DNA of 32,949 bases, taken from contig JAVYYS010000001.1 of NCBI GenBank assembly GCA_038876335.1, positions 1-32,949 on the forward strand. Reading direction: 5' to 3'. The notes under the pieces were generated by a model. It ran no database searches. It had not been told where the DNA came from and saw nothing but the letters and a program-made list of their open reading frames with translations. The position numbers were made by a program, and so were the translations under genes. This DNA comes from Candidatus Micrarchaeaceae archaeon. GTDB lineage: Archaea > Micrarchaeota > Micrarchaeia > Micrarchaeales > Micrarchaeaceae. Positions 8,071-17,229 of the stretch are shown in pieces. The first letter of the stretch is position 1, and every line of letters starts with the position of its first letter.

Positions 8071-8239
8071 TTAACTCACAATAGATGCATCACAGCGCAG
8101 TTGCCGTAAAGCAGGTGCAGAAATGCAAGTGTTGATAAAATTGAAAATAAAGATATAAAAGCTATTCTATTGTTGAAGAAAGAAACATATATAATCGTTG
8201 CTGCGCGATGCGCAGACTGGAGTTGGAAAAAGAAAAAGT

Positions 8240-8494
8240 TCAATCGTACTCTATACCATCATTTTTAAGCCTATTTGTCCTTTCTTCATACTTCTTCATC
8301 TCCTCTTCTGTTTCCTTCCTCAAATACTTTAGGTATTCCTCCTTGTCCTTAAAACCATTTTCTCTGGCCTTCTCCTCCATTGACCTTCCCATTCCTGCAT
8401 AATCCCGATGCGCGCCCAGTATCCCAAAGTCATCTCTGCTATTTCCGCTGCCTTCCACTTTCAATCTAATTTCGCTTTTTCCAATGTCTGCCAT
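8240..8494 (-). CDS. Hypothetical protein (84 aa), charged C-terminal helix
   Basis: ATG ORF with a TTATAAATA TATA-like element about 35-40 nt upstream (minus strand, ~8527-8538). A downstream hairpin CTGCGC-GAT-GCGCAG sits at ~8200-8214. No family recognised. Confidence 0.45.
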   Translation of the reverse strand: MADIGKSEIRLKVEGSGNSRDDFGILGAHRDYAGMGRSMEEKARENGFKDKEEYLKYLRKETEEEMKKYEERTNRLKNDGIEYD

Positions 8495-8591
8495 AGCAAT
8501 CGAATTATCTGTCAGTTGTGAGGTATTTATAAGCAGTTTTCATTCCTCGCGTATTGTCTAACAATGTGCATGCGCTTTAAGCCATGCCGCC

Positions 8592-9602
8592 TCAACTGTG
8601 CAAAATGGTAGTGTTGCAGCCCAAGGGTTCGCTCAGCTGTCTGCTGAAAATGAGCCTCAAATATCCGATATACGGAACAACGAGTACAACCTTGCCTTCG
8701 ATGTAGCTGTTTCCTTGTTCAAACAGTATGGGTTCATTGCCAAACTGAATATCAAGGCCGGGGTTGTTGTCTCCTTTTGTAAGAATATAGTAGCCATTGC
8801 CCGCATGCACTATCGCATACACCCTATGCACTATGTAAGCATCGCCGAGCTGGTAGAAATAGTCCTGCGGGATGGTTTTGTATACGACTATTGAGTTGTT
8901 TCTGTCGCCCTGTATAGTTGTGTTGCCAATCGTTATGGATTTCGTATACGCTTCTGTAAACACGCTGCCGTTGCTCTCTTTTACCTGTGCCGTGCCGCAG
9001 CCGTATCTTATCAGATTGCTGCCCTGGTCATTTTGCGGTATTACGCTGCCTCTTCCCGAAAATGGGTATAGCGCAAGCTCGTCCCCGCTCCTATAAATGC
9101 TGGACACGCTGCCGCTGCTCGCGTTGTATGCTACACATGTGAGGAATTCGCTGCTAAAGTTCCTTAGCGTGGCGTTCCATTCCTGCCCGCTGACATTTAC
9201 TATGGGTGCATGCAGCTGCGAAACGCTTGAGACTCCGTCTATCGCCACCAAGTCTCCGCGGTGCAGCACCGGCAGCATGCTGCACGTGGGCACAACATTA
9301 AGCGGATACGGAGTGTTGAGCGCAAACTTGAGCCCGAACCAGAACACGAGCACAATCGCCACTGCTATTACTAGCTCTACGATGCTTCTCATTACCCCCT
9401 CTTCCTTTACGCTGCCTCCTATCTCGATGATTATCGTTATGATTATCAGCAGAAACAGCGCTATGCCGAAAAGTGCCGAGAGATTTGGTGAGCGCTGGAA
9501 AAGTATGTAAAGGGCAAACATCACTACAATCAGTACGTAGAGAGGCAGTGCGTTTATTCCCTTGCCCTCTGCCCGCTTTCTGTTTTTGCGCGTTTCTTTC
9601 AA
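8592..9602 (-). CDS. Signal peptidase I, archaeal/Sec11 type (S26B), with three N-terminal TM segments and a large insert
   Basis: Ser box PTCSMLPVLHRGDLV, His box AYIVHRV, TKGDNN box and C-terminal GKVVLVVPYIGY box. The start is a TTG immediately after an in-frame stop. The next ATG is Met28, inside TM1. Confidence 0.7.
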   Translation of the reverse strand: MKETRKNRKRAEGKGINALPLYVLIVVMFALYILFQRSPNLSALFGIALFLLIIITIIIEIGGSVKEEGVMRSIVELVIAVAIVLVFWFGLKFALNTPYPLNVVPTCSMLPVLHRGDLVAIDGVSSVSQLHAPIVNVSGQEWNATLRNFSSEFLTCVAYNASSGSVSSIYRSGDELALYPFSGRGSVIPQNDQGSNLIRYGCGTAQVKESNGSVFTEAYTKSITIGNTTIQGDRNNSIVVYKTIPQDYFYQLGDAYIVHRVYAIVHAGNGYYILTKGDNNPGLDIQFGNEPILFEQGNSYIEGKVVLVVPYIGYLRLIFSRQLSEPLGCNTTILHS

Positions 9603-9621
9603 CTATACCACTTCTGATGCC

Positions 9622-12600
9622 CTAAGCTTGTGCCGGAACCGCATTTGCGCTTCCGCCCTCGTAAGCCGCGATGTTTCGCTGGTCTGTAAAGCGTATGCCG
9701 ACAACCCTGGATTCGCCCTCCTGCCTTGTCACACCAACAGCAACATCCGCAGCCTGTATGAGTGCTGTGTTGTGGCTTACAACTATAAACTGGGACTTTC
9801 TGCTCAGCTCTTTGATAAGCTTCGAGAGCTTCTTGGAGTTTTCTTCGTCAAGCGCAGAGTCTATTTCATCAAATATGTAAAGCGACATTGGGTTCATCAT
9901 CTGTATCGATAATATAAGCATAATAGTTATAAGCGATTTCTCTCCTCCCGACATCGTTTCAACGCTGCTAGCTCTCTTTGTTTTGGATATGCTTACCACA
10001 AGCCCGGATTCGAACGGATTCTTTGGATCCGAAAGATGCAGTTGCGCTTCACCTTCAAATATATAGGGATAGAGTTTCGAGAAATTTTGATTCACCTTTT
10101 CTAGTGTTTCATTGAATACATTCAGCTTCTTAGATTCCACTTCGTTTATTATTGAGAGTATCGAGGCCTTCTCGCTCTCCAACGTGGAAAGCTTCTGCTC
10201 CGCCTCTTCAAGCATCTTTCTCCTCTCCTCATACATCTCTGGAGCCTTGAGGTTGACACTACCCAGCGCTTCTAGGTCTGCTTTCAGGAGCACCTCCTTC
10301 TCCTCAAGCTCTTTCAGCGAGAGGCCCTCTATAGGTATTACACCCTGATAAGATAGCAGCTCTGCCTTAATGTCGGCAAGCCTAGTCTGCGCCTGCGCTA
10401 TTTGCATCTCCTGGGCCTGCACCTCAGTTCTGGCTTTTGCCAGTTCGCTCTCCAACCTGCCTTTTTCGAAACTGAGCTTCGAAAGCTTTTCGTCAAGCTC
10501 TGAAGCTGACTTGAAGAGCACGGCAGACTTCGAATCATGCTCCTTTATCTGAATACCGAGTTCCTCCTTCGACTTTTCAAACCTGTCCATCTCTTCCTCC
10601 AATGCCTTCTTCCTCTCTTTAGAATCCTTTATCTGCGATGCATAGCCGCTTAGCTCAGCGCTTATTGCTTCCACCCGCTGTTGCATCATCTCGTTTTCTT
10701 TGCTGAGTGAAGCGAGCTCGACTCTAAGTTGCTCTGCTTCGTTTCTTACAGCACTAATCTTGGCGCGCTTCTCTTTGCTAGCTATGCTTCTGCCCTTTGT
10801 AGAAAGCATTTCTGAAATTGCAGAGTAGAGCGCACCGCTTTCCTCCTTCAGCTTCTGTATGTTCCTGCTAAATGCGGCTATACTTTCCCCAATTTTTTCA
10901 AGCCTCTCTTTGTTTGAGGCAAGTGCTTTCTCGTACTCATCCTTTTTGGACCGCAGCTCGCCTATTCTTGCCTTTGAATTTAGCAGCTCCGCCTTCATCC
11001 TTTTTGAATCAGAATCAAGCGTCATTATCCGCACTTCTGCTTCGGCAAGTTCCTTCCTCTGGCTTTCCATTGTGTAATCTACCTCTTCCACCTTTTTCTC
11101 CAGCGCGGCTTTGCTATTTTGCAGCTCCGTGAGCCTAGAGCTTAGCGCTATTGCGGAATGGGCGGCTTTGCTTCCTCCGCCGCTTACTACCCCTGATGCC
11201 TCTACCAGCTCCCCATCCAACGTTACAAATCTTGCTTTACCTATTCCGAGTTCTTTCGCTCTTGCTACGCTTTCTATGATAAAAGTATTGGAAAATACAA
11301 ATCTCATAGCCCTATCAAACTTTTTATCATACCTAATAAAATCGAGCAGCGGCTTGAGTTCCTTCTCGCTGCGCTGCTCTCGCACTATAACCTCATTCAT
11401 GGGTATGAATGAAGACCTCTCCAAGCCCTCTTCTTTAAGTATCTGTATAGCCCTCTCAGCATCGCTTATGCTTTCTACAATGAAATAGTTTAGCCTGCTC
11501 TGCGCGGCTGCCCATACCGCTTCCACGTATTTGCTGTCATACTCTATAAGGTCTTTGACTCTACCGTAGAACCCCTTTGCCATCGCCTTTTCCAGCATAC
11601 GCCCTATTTTGTCCGGCCCTCCATAAATCGAAAGTTTTTCCTTTATCTTAAAGATTTCGAGATCAGCTTTGCCTACTTCCTCTTTGAGCTTTGCCTCTTC
11701 ATCCAGCGCTATTTTGAGGCCTTCTTTCATATCCAAATAGCGCTTTTCGAGCTCTTTCCTCTCTTTGCTGTTGCTTTCAATCAGCGCTTCAGCTTTTGCA
11801 TACGCATCCAACTCCGATTTGAGTGCTTCTTCAGTTTCAGCGATCTTCTCCTCTGTAGTGTGCATAGAGTTGGAGAGCACGCCTCTTTCAAGTTCAAGCG
11901 CTGTACGGTCTTTCTCAAGCCTTTCTAGTTCAGTGCGGTCGCTTTCGTATTTATTAACCATTTGCGCATTATCCTCTTCCGAGAGTGCGTATACTTCGCT
12001 CTCGCCGAGCTCTCCTTCCAGCTGTTTAAGCCTGTCGCTTTTGCTTTTGATCGAAGACGCATTTGCCGCAAGCTTTGATTCAAGATCGCCCTTCTCTTTT
12101 TTGCGCGTGTCGGCTTGCTCCTCCGTGCGCACGATGCTCTCTTCAGTCGCTTTTATCTGCTCCTTTATTACAGCAATCTGCTTTGTCAGCTCCTCAACCC
12201 TGTGGTTTACAGAGTTTACCTCCGTGGACCTCTTATTCAGTTCTTCTGAAAGTTTTTGTTTCTCTGCGCTTATGCCATTTACCTCATTCAAATTGCTTTC
12301 AAGGCTCTTTGCAATCTCAGCAATCTTTTTTTCAAGTGTAGCGCGCGAATTCAGAAGCTTTTCATGTTCTTCAGTAAGCTGCTTCTCCCTGAGCTTTAGT
12401 ATGGTGTAGCGGGATCTTTTCAGCGTTCCTGTAATTTCAAAATAACGTTCTGCATCCCTTTTCTCCCCCTCCAGTTCTTTGAGGAAACCCTTTCTTTCAT
12501 TTATCATTATTTTTGCTTCGTTTATTTTGGTCTCTACCTTCTCCAATTCCTTGAGCGAAGTCTCCTTTTTCTCGTCAAATTCCTTTATGCCTGCAGCTAC

Positions 12601-13068
12601 ATCTATCAGCTCTCTCCTCTCTTTGGGATTGAGGTTAAGTATCCTTGTTATCTCTCCTTGCGTGATGGTGTTGGTAGTTTCTATTTCACTGCGGTGGGCA
12701 TGCAAAACGTCTATTACTTCCTGCCTGGTGACTCGCTTCCCATTGAGCCTATAGCCTACTTTACCATTAGATTTTACCCTTCTTGTTATCTCTATATTCT
12801 CGCTTCCAGAAAGCGTGGCTGAAACCCATGCCCTTTTTATTCCATCTTCAGGGTCTGGCTTTACGTTATTGTTTATCAACTGCGATACGTTGGTCACGCG
12901 CATTCTCTTTAGCGAAGTTTCGCCAAGCACAAAGAGCAGCGAATCGCATATGCTTGATTTGCCAGAACCATTCGGGCCCACTATGCAGTTGAATCCAGGG
13001 ATGAACTTTATCGATGCTTGCCTGAAAGACTTGAAGTTGTGGAGGGTGAGTTTCTCTAAGTGTAGCAT
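9622..13068 (-). CDS. smc: Chromosome segregation ATPase SMC
   Basis: N-terminal Walker A GPNGSGKSS, long coiled coils, a hinge (...GVVSGGG...), signature MSGGEKSL and Walker B LYIFDEIDSALD. 1148 aa. Confidence 0.95.
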   Translation of the reverse strand: MLHLEKLTLHNFKSFRQASIKFIPGFNCIVGPNGSGKSSICDSLLFVLGETSLKRMRVTNVSQLINNNVKPDPEDGIKRAWVSATLSGSENIEITRRVKSNGKVGYRLNGKRVTRQEVIDVLHAHRSEIETTNTITQGEITRILNLNPKERRELIDVAAGIKEFDEKKETSLKELEKVETKINEAKIMINERKGFLKELEGEKRDAERYFEITGTLKRSRYTILKLREKQLTEEHEKLLNSRATLEKKIAEIAKSLESNLNEVNGISAEKQKLSEELNKRSTEVNSVNHRVEELTKQIAVIKEQIKATEESIVRTEEQADTRKKEKGDLESKLAANASSIKSKSDRLKQLEGELGESEVYALSEEDNAQMVNKYESDRTELERLEKDRTALELERGVLSNSMHTTEEKIAETEEALKSELDAYAKAEALIESNSKERKELEKRYLDMKEGLKIALDEEAKLKEEVGKADLEIFKIKEKLSIYGGPDKIGRMLEKAMAKGFYGRVKDLIEYDSKYVEAVWAAAQSRLNYFIVESISDAERAIQILKEEGLERSSFIPMNEVIVREQRSEKELKPLLDFIRYDKKFDRAMRFVFSNTFIIESVARAKELGIGKARFVTLDGELVEASGVVSGGGSKAAHSAIALSSRLTELQNSKAALEKKVEEVDYTMESQRKELAEAEVRIMTLDSDSKRMKAELLNSKARIGELRSKKDEYEKALASNKERLEKIGESIAAFSRNIQKLKEESGALYSAISEMLSTKGRSIASKEKRAKISAVRNEAEQLRVELASLSKENEMMQQRVEAISAELSGYASQIKDSKERKKALEEEMDRFEKSKEELGIQIKEHDSKSAVLFKSASELDEKLSKLSFEKGRLESELAKARTEVQAQEMQIAQAQTRLADIKAELLSYQGVIPIEGLSLKELEEKEVLLKADLEALGSVNLKAPEMYEERRKMLEEAEQKLSTLESEKASILSIINEVESKKLNVFNETLEKVNQNFSKLYPYIFEGEAQLHLSDPKNPFESGLVVSISKTKRASSVETMSGGEKSLITIMLILSIQMMNPMSLYIFDEIDSALDEENSKKLSKLIKELSRKSQFIVVSHNTALIQAADVAVGVTRQEGESRVVGIRFTDQRNIAAYEGGSANAVPAQA

Positions 13069-13116
13069 AATCCTACCTGGTCGCGCTTAATCTATTCCTT
13101 ATGTATTAGAATCTTT

Positions 13117-14232
13117 TTATTTGTTTCCTTCACTCTGCACAGCGGCTGCCACACCCTCTCTTTTCTTATGTAACTTATTTGAGACATGAAGCGCCAGTAT
13201 CGATTCTGTATGCTGTTCAGATAATATGCCAGCTATCTTTCTGCCGTTTGTCACAACAAGCAGCGCGGAATTGGCCGACTGCATCTCGCTGAGCGCCTTA
13301 TAAAGCCCTTCATTATAATCTATCTCCGGCAGTTTTATCCCGAACTCCGAGATAGGCCTTTCCATTATCTCGTAGTTGGGCAGCTGGCTTCGCGTAGGTA
13401 TCCTCGCAAGCTTTATGTTCCTTCCCTCTTTGAAGAGCACGATGTTTGTATGTTTTTTAAGCATTTTGCCATATACTCTATAGAGATTTTCGTTCTTGTT
13501 CACAATTATGAAATTCTTGCTTAGCGCATCACTGACATGGAGGTCCGATGCGTACTCCTTCATATATGCAGACTGGAGCTCCGCCTGCGATCCAGAGTAG
13601 AGGAACATTACTATGAAAATGTCGTAAAATACAAGGAACTCCCTGTATACAAGCGAGTATCCTTTCGCAAATACTGCGAATATTATTGTACCTAAGACAA
13701 AAAGCAACAGGACTATATTGCTTGCCTTTACTGTTATCTGCGTAGACCTAATGTAGCTTCTGCTTCTTTCGAGGTAGGCGCGGAAAACCCTCCCCCCATC
13801 AAGTGGAAATCCTGGCAGGAGGTTAAATATTCCTAAAAGCAGGTTTATCTCAAAGGTGAAAGTAATAGTCTGCCTTATTATTCCTGCGGGTGCAAACGGT
13901 ACGATTGCCCAAAATGCGAAACCTATAGCCAAGCTGGCAAGCGGACCCGCGAGCGCAATGTAGAACTCCTGTTTCGGCTTCACCGTATCAAGGTCCATAA
14001 CAGAAATGCCACCTATAGGCAGCAAAACAATCTTCTTCACTTTTATTTTGTAGTGCTGCGAGGTGAGAGAGTGCGAAAGCTCATGGAGCAGTACGCATAT
14101 GAAAAGTATAACGAAAAGGGCGAATACATACAGGCTTACAAGGAGCACGAACAGCAGAAGCAAAAGGAAGGACCAGTGGAGCTCTATTTCTATGCCCGCT
14201 ATCTTTCCTATTGTAGGAGAAAATCCCGCCAT
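13117..14232 (-). CDS. Site-2 protease family (M50) metalloprotease with a C-terminal CBS pair
   Basis: HELSHS (HExxH) in a TM helix, the NLLPGFPLDGG motif, and a CBS-like C-terminal half. The ATG at 14232 (MAGFSPTIGKIAGIEIELHWSF) is preferred over the track TTG at 14259. Confidence 0.85.
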   Translation of the reverse strand: MAGFSPTIGKIAGIEIELHWSFLLLLLFVLLVSLYVFALFVILFICVLLHELSHSLTSQHYKIKVKKIVLLPIGGISVMDLDTVKPKQEFYIALAGPLASLAIGFAFWAIVPFAPAGIIRQTITFTFEINLLLGIFNLLPGFPLDGGRVFRAYLERSRSYIRSTQITVKASNIVLLLFVLGTIIFAVFAKGYSLVYREFLVFYDIFIVMFLYSGSQAELQSAYMKEYASDLHVSDALSKNFIIVNKNENLYRVYGKMLKKHTNIVLFKEGRNIKLARIPTRSQLPNYEIMERPISEFGIKLPEIDYNEGLYKALSEMQSANSALLVVTNGRKIAGILSEQHTESILALHVSNKLHKKREGVAAAVQSEGNK

Positions 14233-14489
14233 CAAAATTACCCAAATGCCCCGTGTCAATTCTTGCTAGAAAATGGCACAAGAGTACTTTATACAATCCA
14301 TTATAAAAGTCATTATGCAAGCCATTATAAGCCATAAAATATAAAATAAAGCAATATCTATTTTTGCTATGCAATTAAGAATAACTTAATCTGTAAAGCA
14401 TGCAAGTATGCAGGGCACTATCATCGATCCTTTTCCCGCGCATGCAATAATGTAGAATTGAAATAAAGCAGTAAGACTACGGTGTTTGT

Positions 14490-15272
14490 TTGCAGAGATT
14501 ATTAAAGGATCCAAACCTCAAATTCCTATACGAAAAGCCAGCGCTTCTTATAAGGGCAGGCCTGCAAAAACATCTTGTTATAGGGGATTTGCATATAGGC
14601 GCAGAGTCAAATTTGATGGAAAAGGGGATTCACGTATACGAGTTTGCTGAATCAATGTCTAAAAAGATAAAAAAACTGATGAACACTTACCACGTGCAAA
14701 GCATCATTATTCTAGGAGATGTTAAGGAAAGCATACTTTATCCAGAAGAAAGGGAGGCTAAGGCGGTAAGATCATTTTTCGATTCTTTATCTGATTATGA
14801 AGTGCATGTCGTGCGGGGCAACCACGATGCGCACCTTTCTGAAATTATAGGCCTGCCATTAGAGGACGAGCTGCTCCTCGGAGAATTTGCACTTCTCCAC
14901 GGGCATATGTGGCCCAGTAAAAAGGCGATGATGAAGAAGTATATAATATCTGCGCATAATCATATCGCAGTTTCAATGAAGGATAGCAAGGGCGCAAATT
15001 ACTTCTATAAAGCATGGCTCGTTTCTAGGGAAGGGCACAACATCGGAAAATACTATCCACGCCATAAGGCCGGAATAAAACTCATCTCTATGCCAGCATT
15101 TAACGATCTTATAGTCGGCACAAGCATAACGAGATTCTCTATGAAAGAGAATCTAAGCCCAATATTCAGAAATGGGGTATTTGACTATGAAAGTGCCGAG
15201 GTCTACCTGCTAGGTGGCGAGTTTGCCGGCATTGTTTCGTACTTAAGCAAAAAACAGGTAAATTGGGTATAG
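14490..15272 (+). CDS. Calcineurin-like metallophosphoesterase (archaeal SbcD/Mre11-related small phosphoesterase family)
   Basis: Motifs VIGDLHIG, ILGDVKE, GNHD and LLHGH appear in the canonical order. TTG start; no in-frame ATG nearby. Confidence 0.75.
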   Translation: MQRLLKDPNLKFLYEKPALLIRAGLQKHLVIGDLHIGAESNLMEKGIHVYEFAESMSKKIKKLMNTYHVQSIIILGDVKESILYPEEREAKAVRSFFDSLSDYEVHVVRGNHDAHLSEIIGLPLEDELLLGEFALLHGHMWPSKKAMMKKYIISAHNHIAVSMKDSKGANYFYKAWLVSREGHNIGKYYPRHKAGIKLISMPAFNDLIVGTSITRFSMKENLSPIFRNGVFDYESAEVYLLGGEFAGIVSYLSKKQVNWV

Positions 15273-15291
15273 TAAGCAGTTACGCCAATAT

Positions 15292-15495
15292 CTATCTGGC
15301 TTCTTCCCCATGTCTCAAGATAGTTATTGGTATTATACCTCTTTCAAACTCAAGCTCTGCCAGTTCGAGCGGGTCTACTACCCCTTCCGGAACTTCCATC
15401 AGCGGAGGCGCTCCATATGCCAACTGCAGCGCTCTTGCTCCTATAATTCTTGCTTTTTCATACTTAGTATACTTCTGAACTCCTTTTTCAGACAT
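15292..15495 (-). CDS. rpoK: DNA-directed RNA polymerase subunit K (Rpo6/omega homologue)
   Basis: TKYEKARIIGARALQLAYGAPPLM... is the conserved RpoK/RPB6 core. 67 aa. Confidence 0.85.
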   Translation of the reverse strand: MSEKGVQKYTKYEKARIIGARALQLAYGAPPLMEVPEGVVDPLELAELEFERGIIPITILRHGEEAR

Positions 15496-15507
15496 AGCAC
15501 CATCTTT

Positions 15508-16953
15508 TTATATGGGGTTCGGCTTGAACCTACTCTTAAACTCCCTTACCTCTTCAGTTATCATCTTTTTCCACGTTGGGAACCCCTCCGCTGTCTTAGG
15601 GTACCTCTCATATATCTCGTTTATCTCCTTCATCTTCTTTACTACGTAGAGTAGATTCCTAAAAGCGTTTATGTTGCTTGCTCCCTGTAGTATAGTTTTG
15701 AATTTGGAAGCAAGACTCAGTTCTGGCACAAGGCCGTAGCTTAGCTGCTGCGCCTCTTTTGCAGTGAGGAAGACCTTCATGCCATAGTTTATTATATCAT
15801 TATTAAGGGACTGGAGGTACACTCTGAACACTTCGAGGCTCGCACTTTTCTTGCCATAATGTTCATTGAAGTCTATGTTGTACTTCCACAGGCCTCTTAC
15901 ACTTACATCTCCATTGGCCACTGCTTCAGCAGCATCAATCCCTGCAAGCACCCCTGCGGTAAGCGCAGGGCCTATGCCTCCAGCACTTATTGGGTTAGGC
16001 ATTGCCATGCTGTCGCCAGCACCCATATAACCATTGAATGTAAGCGCTTCCATCTGGTGCCTTACCGCGACAGACCAATATCCAACGCCGCCGTTCGGCC
16101 CCTCATTGTAAAGTCTCATATTCTTGAATACTGATATTGATGCTGCATATTCTTCCATGAGGCTCTGCAGCGTATCCTTCTTGTTAAGCTTCGCATTCCT
16201 GATTTCAAGGCTCCTTTTCTGCACCCCTATGCCGATGTTAGCCCTGTTGCCTTTCTTTGGGAACACCCACCCATATCCTCCAGGCGCAATGAGTTGGTTG
16301 AGGTGTATTAGTGCATACCTAGGGTTGTAAAGGAGCGGGTCCTCATGATCCAGATCGAACTCATAAAGAAACCTCCCAGTAAGTTCAAGGTCATCGTTGT
16401 CAAGCATGCGTTCCACATACTCATTTTTTGGAAGGAGGCGCCGAAGCGTAGTCGCTATTCCAAGCGCGTCTATAACCACTTTTGCCCTAAACTCCTTGTG
16501 CTCTTTCTTTGCATCCTTTCCTGCGACTCCTACGACGTAGTTGTCTTCTACAAGTGGCCTCTCCACTTCGAAATTTGGCAGGTACTCTACGCCTTGCTTC
16601 AGTGCATGGTCAAGCATTTTTCTCTCGAAAATCGGCCTGTTGAGCACATAGCCATTACCGTCATCGAAAAGAACCTTCGATTTGAAGTCTGGAGAAATTG
16701 CATATACTCCATCAACTTGCTGCTCCAGTTCGGGATAGGAGAAGCTAAGACCAAGATTTGATTTTATAAAGTCTAGGTGGGATGTTGCAACAGCATCGCC
16801 GCATATCCATCCCCAATTTGTCTTCCTACCTACATTTTCCATGTTGTTCCTGTCGAGAAGCAACACCTTTGCGCCGTTCTTTGCAGCCATGGCTGCCGCA
16901 GGCAATCCAGACATGCCTGCTCCTGCGACTATAATATCATATTTCTCGGGCAT
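15508..16953 (-). CDS. FAD-dependent geranylgeranyl reductase-family oxidoreductase (481 aa, long C-terminal region)
   Basis: N-terminal Rossmann YDIIVAGAGMSGLPAAAMAAKNGAKVLLLDR followed by ICGDAV. The TTTTAATATA TATA-like box at ~16996-17005 lies too close to the track start (16992). It fits the ATG at 16953 (MPEKYDII...). Confidence 0.75.
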   Translation of the reverse strand: MPEKYDIIVAGAGMSGLPAAAMAAKNGAKVLLLDRNNMENVGRKTNWGWICGDAVATSHLDFIKSNLGLSFSYPELEQQVDGVYAISPDFKSKVLFDDGNGYVLNRPIFERKMLDHALKQGVEYLPNFEVERPLVEDNYVVGVAGKDAKKEHKEFRAKVVIDALGIATTLRRLLPKNEYVERMLDNDDLELTGRFLYEFDLDHEDPLLYNPRYALIHLNQLIAPGGYGWVFPKKGNRANIGIGVQKRSLEIRNAKLNKKDTLQSLMEEYAASISVFKNMRLYNEGPNGGVGYWSVAVRHQMEALTFNGYMGAGDSMAMPNPISAGGIGPALTAGVLAGIDAAEAVANGDVSVRGLWKYNIDFNEHYGKKSASLEVFRVYLQSLNNDIINYGMKVFLTAKEAQQLSYGLVPELSLASKFKTILQGASNINAFRNLLYVVKKMKEINEIYERYPKTAEGFPTWKKMITEEVREFKSRFKPNPI

Positions 16954-17087
16954 AAGCACACGCAAAAATCGTAAATATGCAGAAGTCTGCACTCTATATT
17001 AAAACCGAACTTTATTTATTCTTTTTGATGGGAGGCAGAAGGCCTTTTGGTTGGCAACGCCTAGGCGAAGTCAGCCTGCAAAAGATG

Positions 17088-17190
17088 TGCAGGGGGTGAG
17101 ATTTGAACTCACGTAGGCGCTAGGCCACAGGATCTTAAGTCCTGCGCGTTTTTCCGTGGCTTATGCCAAACCAGACTCTGCCACCCCTGC
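17088..17190 (-). tRNA. tRNA-Leu (anticodon UAA) carrying a roughly 20-nt insertion (putative intron) in the D-arm
   Basis: Acceptor GCAGGGG/CCCCTGC plus discriminator A. Anticodon arm CAGGA-CTTAAGA-TCCTG, long variable arm, and T arm GTGAG-TTCAAAT-CTCAC. The gene is 103 nt, and class II tRNAs are about 85 nt. Removing GGCAUAAGCCACGGAAAAAC (17148-17167) restores a GCA/UGC D stem. Confidence 0.75.
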
Positions 17191-17229
17191 GCTTTCTCCT
17201 TTACTCCAATCATGCAAACAGGCTCAGCA

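Noticed and set aside
9671-12992. Numerous 60-214-aa plus-strand ORFs inside smc (for example 11765-12409)
   Set aside because: They are Ser/Phe/Leu-rich translations of the antisense of GAA/AAG/GAG-rich coiled-coil codons. SMC is unambiguous on the minus strand.
16954-16992. 13-codon N-terminal extension of the geranylgeranyl-reductase-like ORF
   Set aside because: The only TATA-like box (16996-17005) would be under 10 nt from that start. The ATG at 16953 immediately precedes the Rossmann fold.
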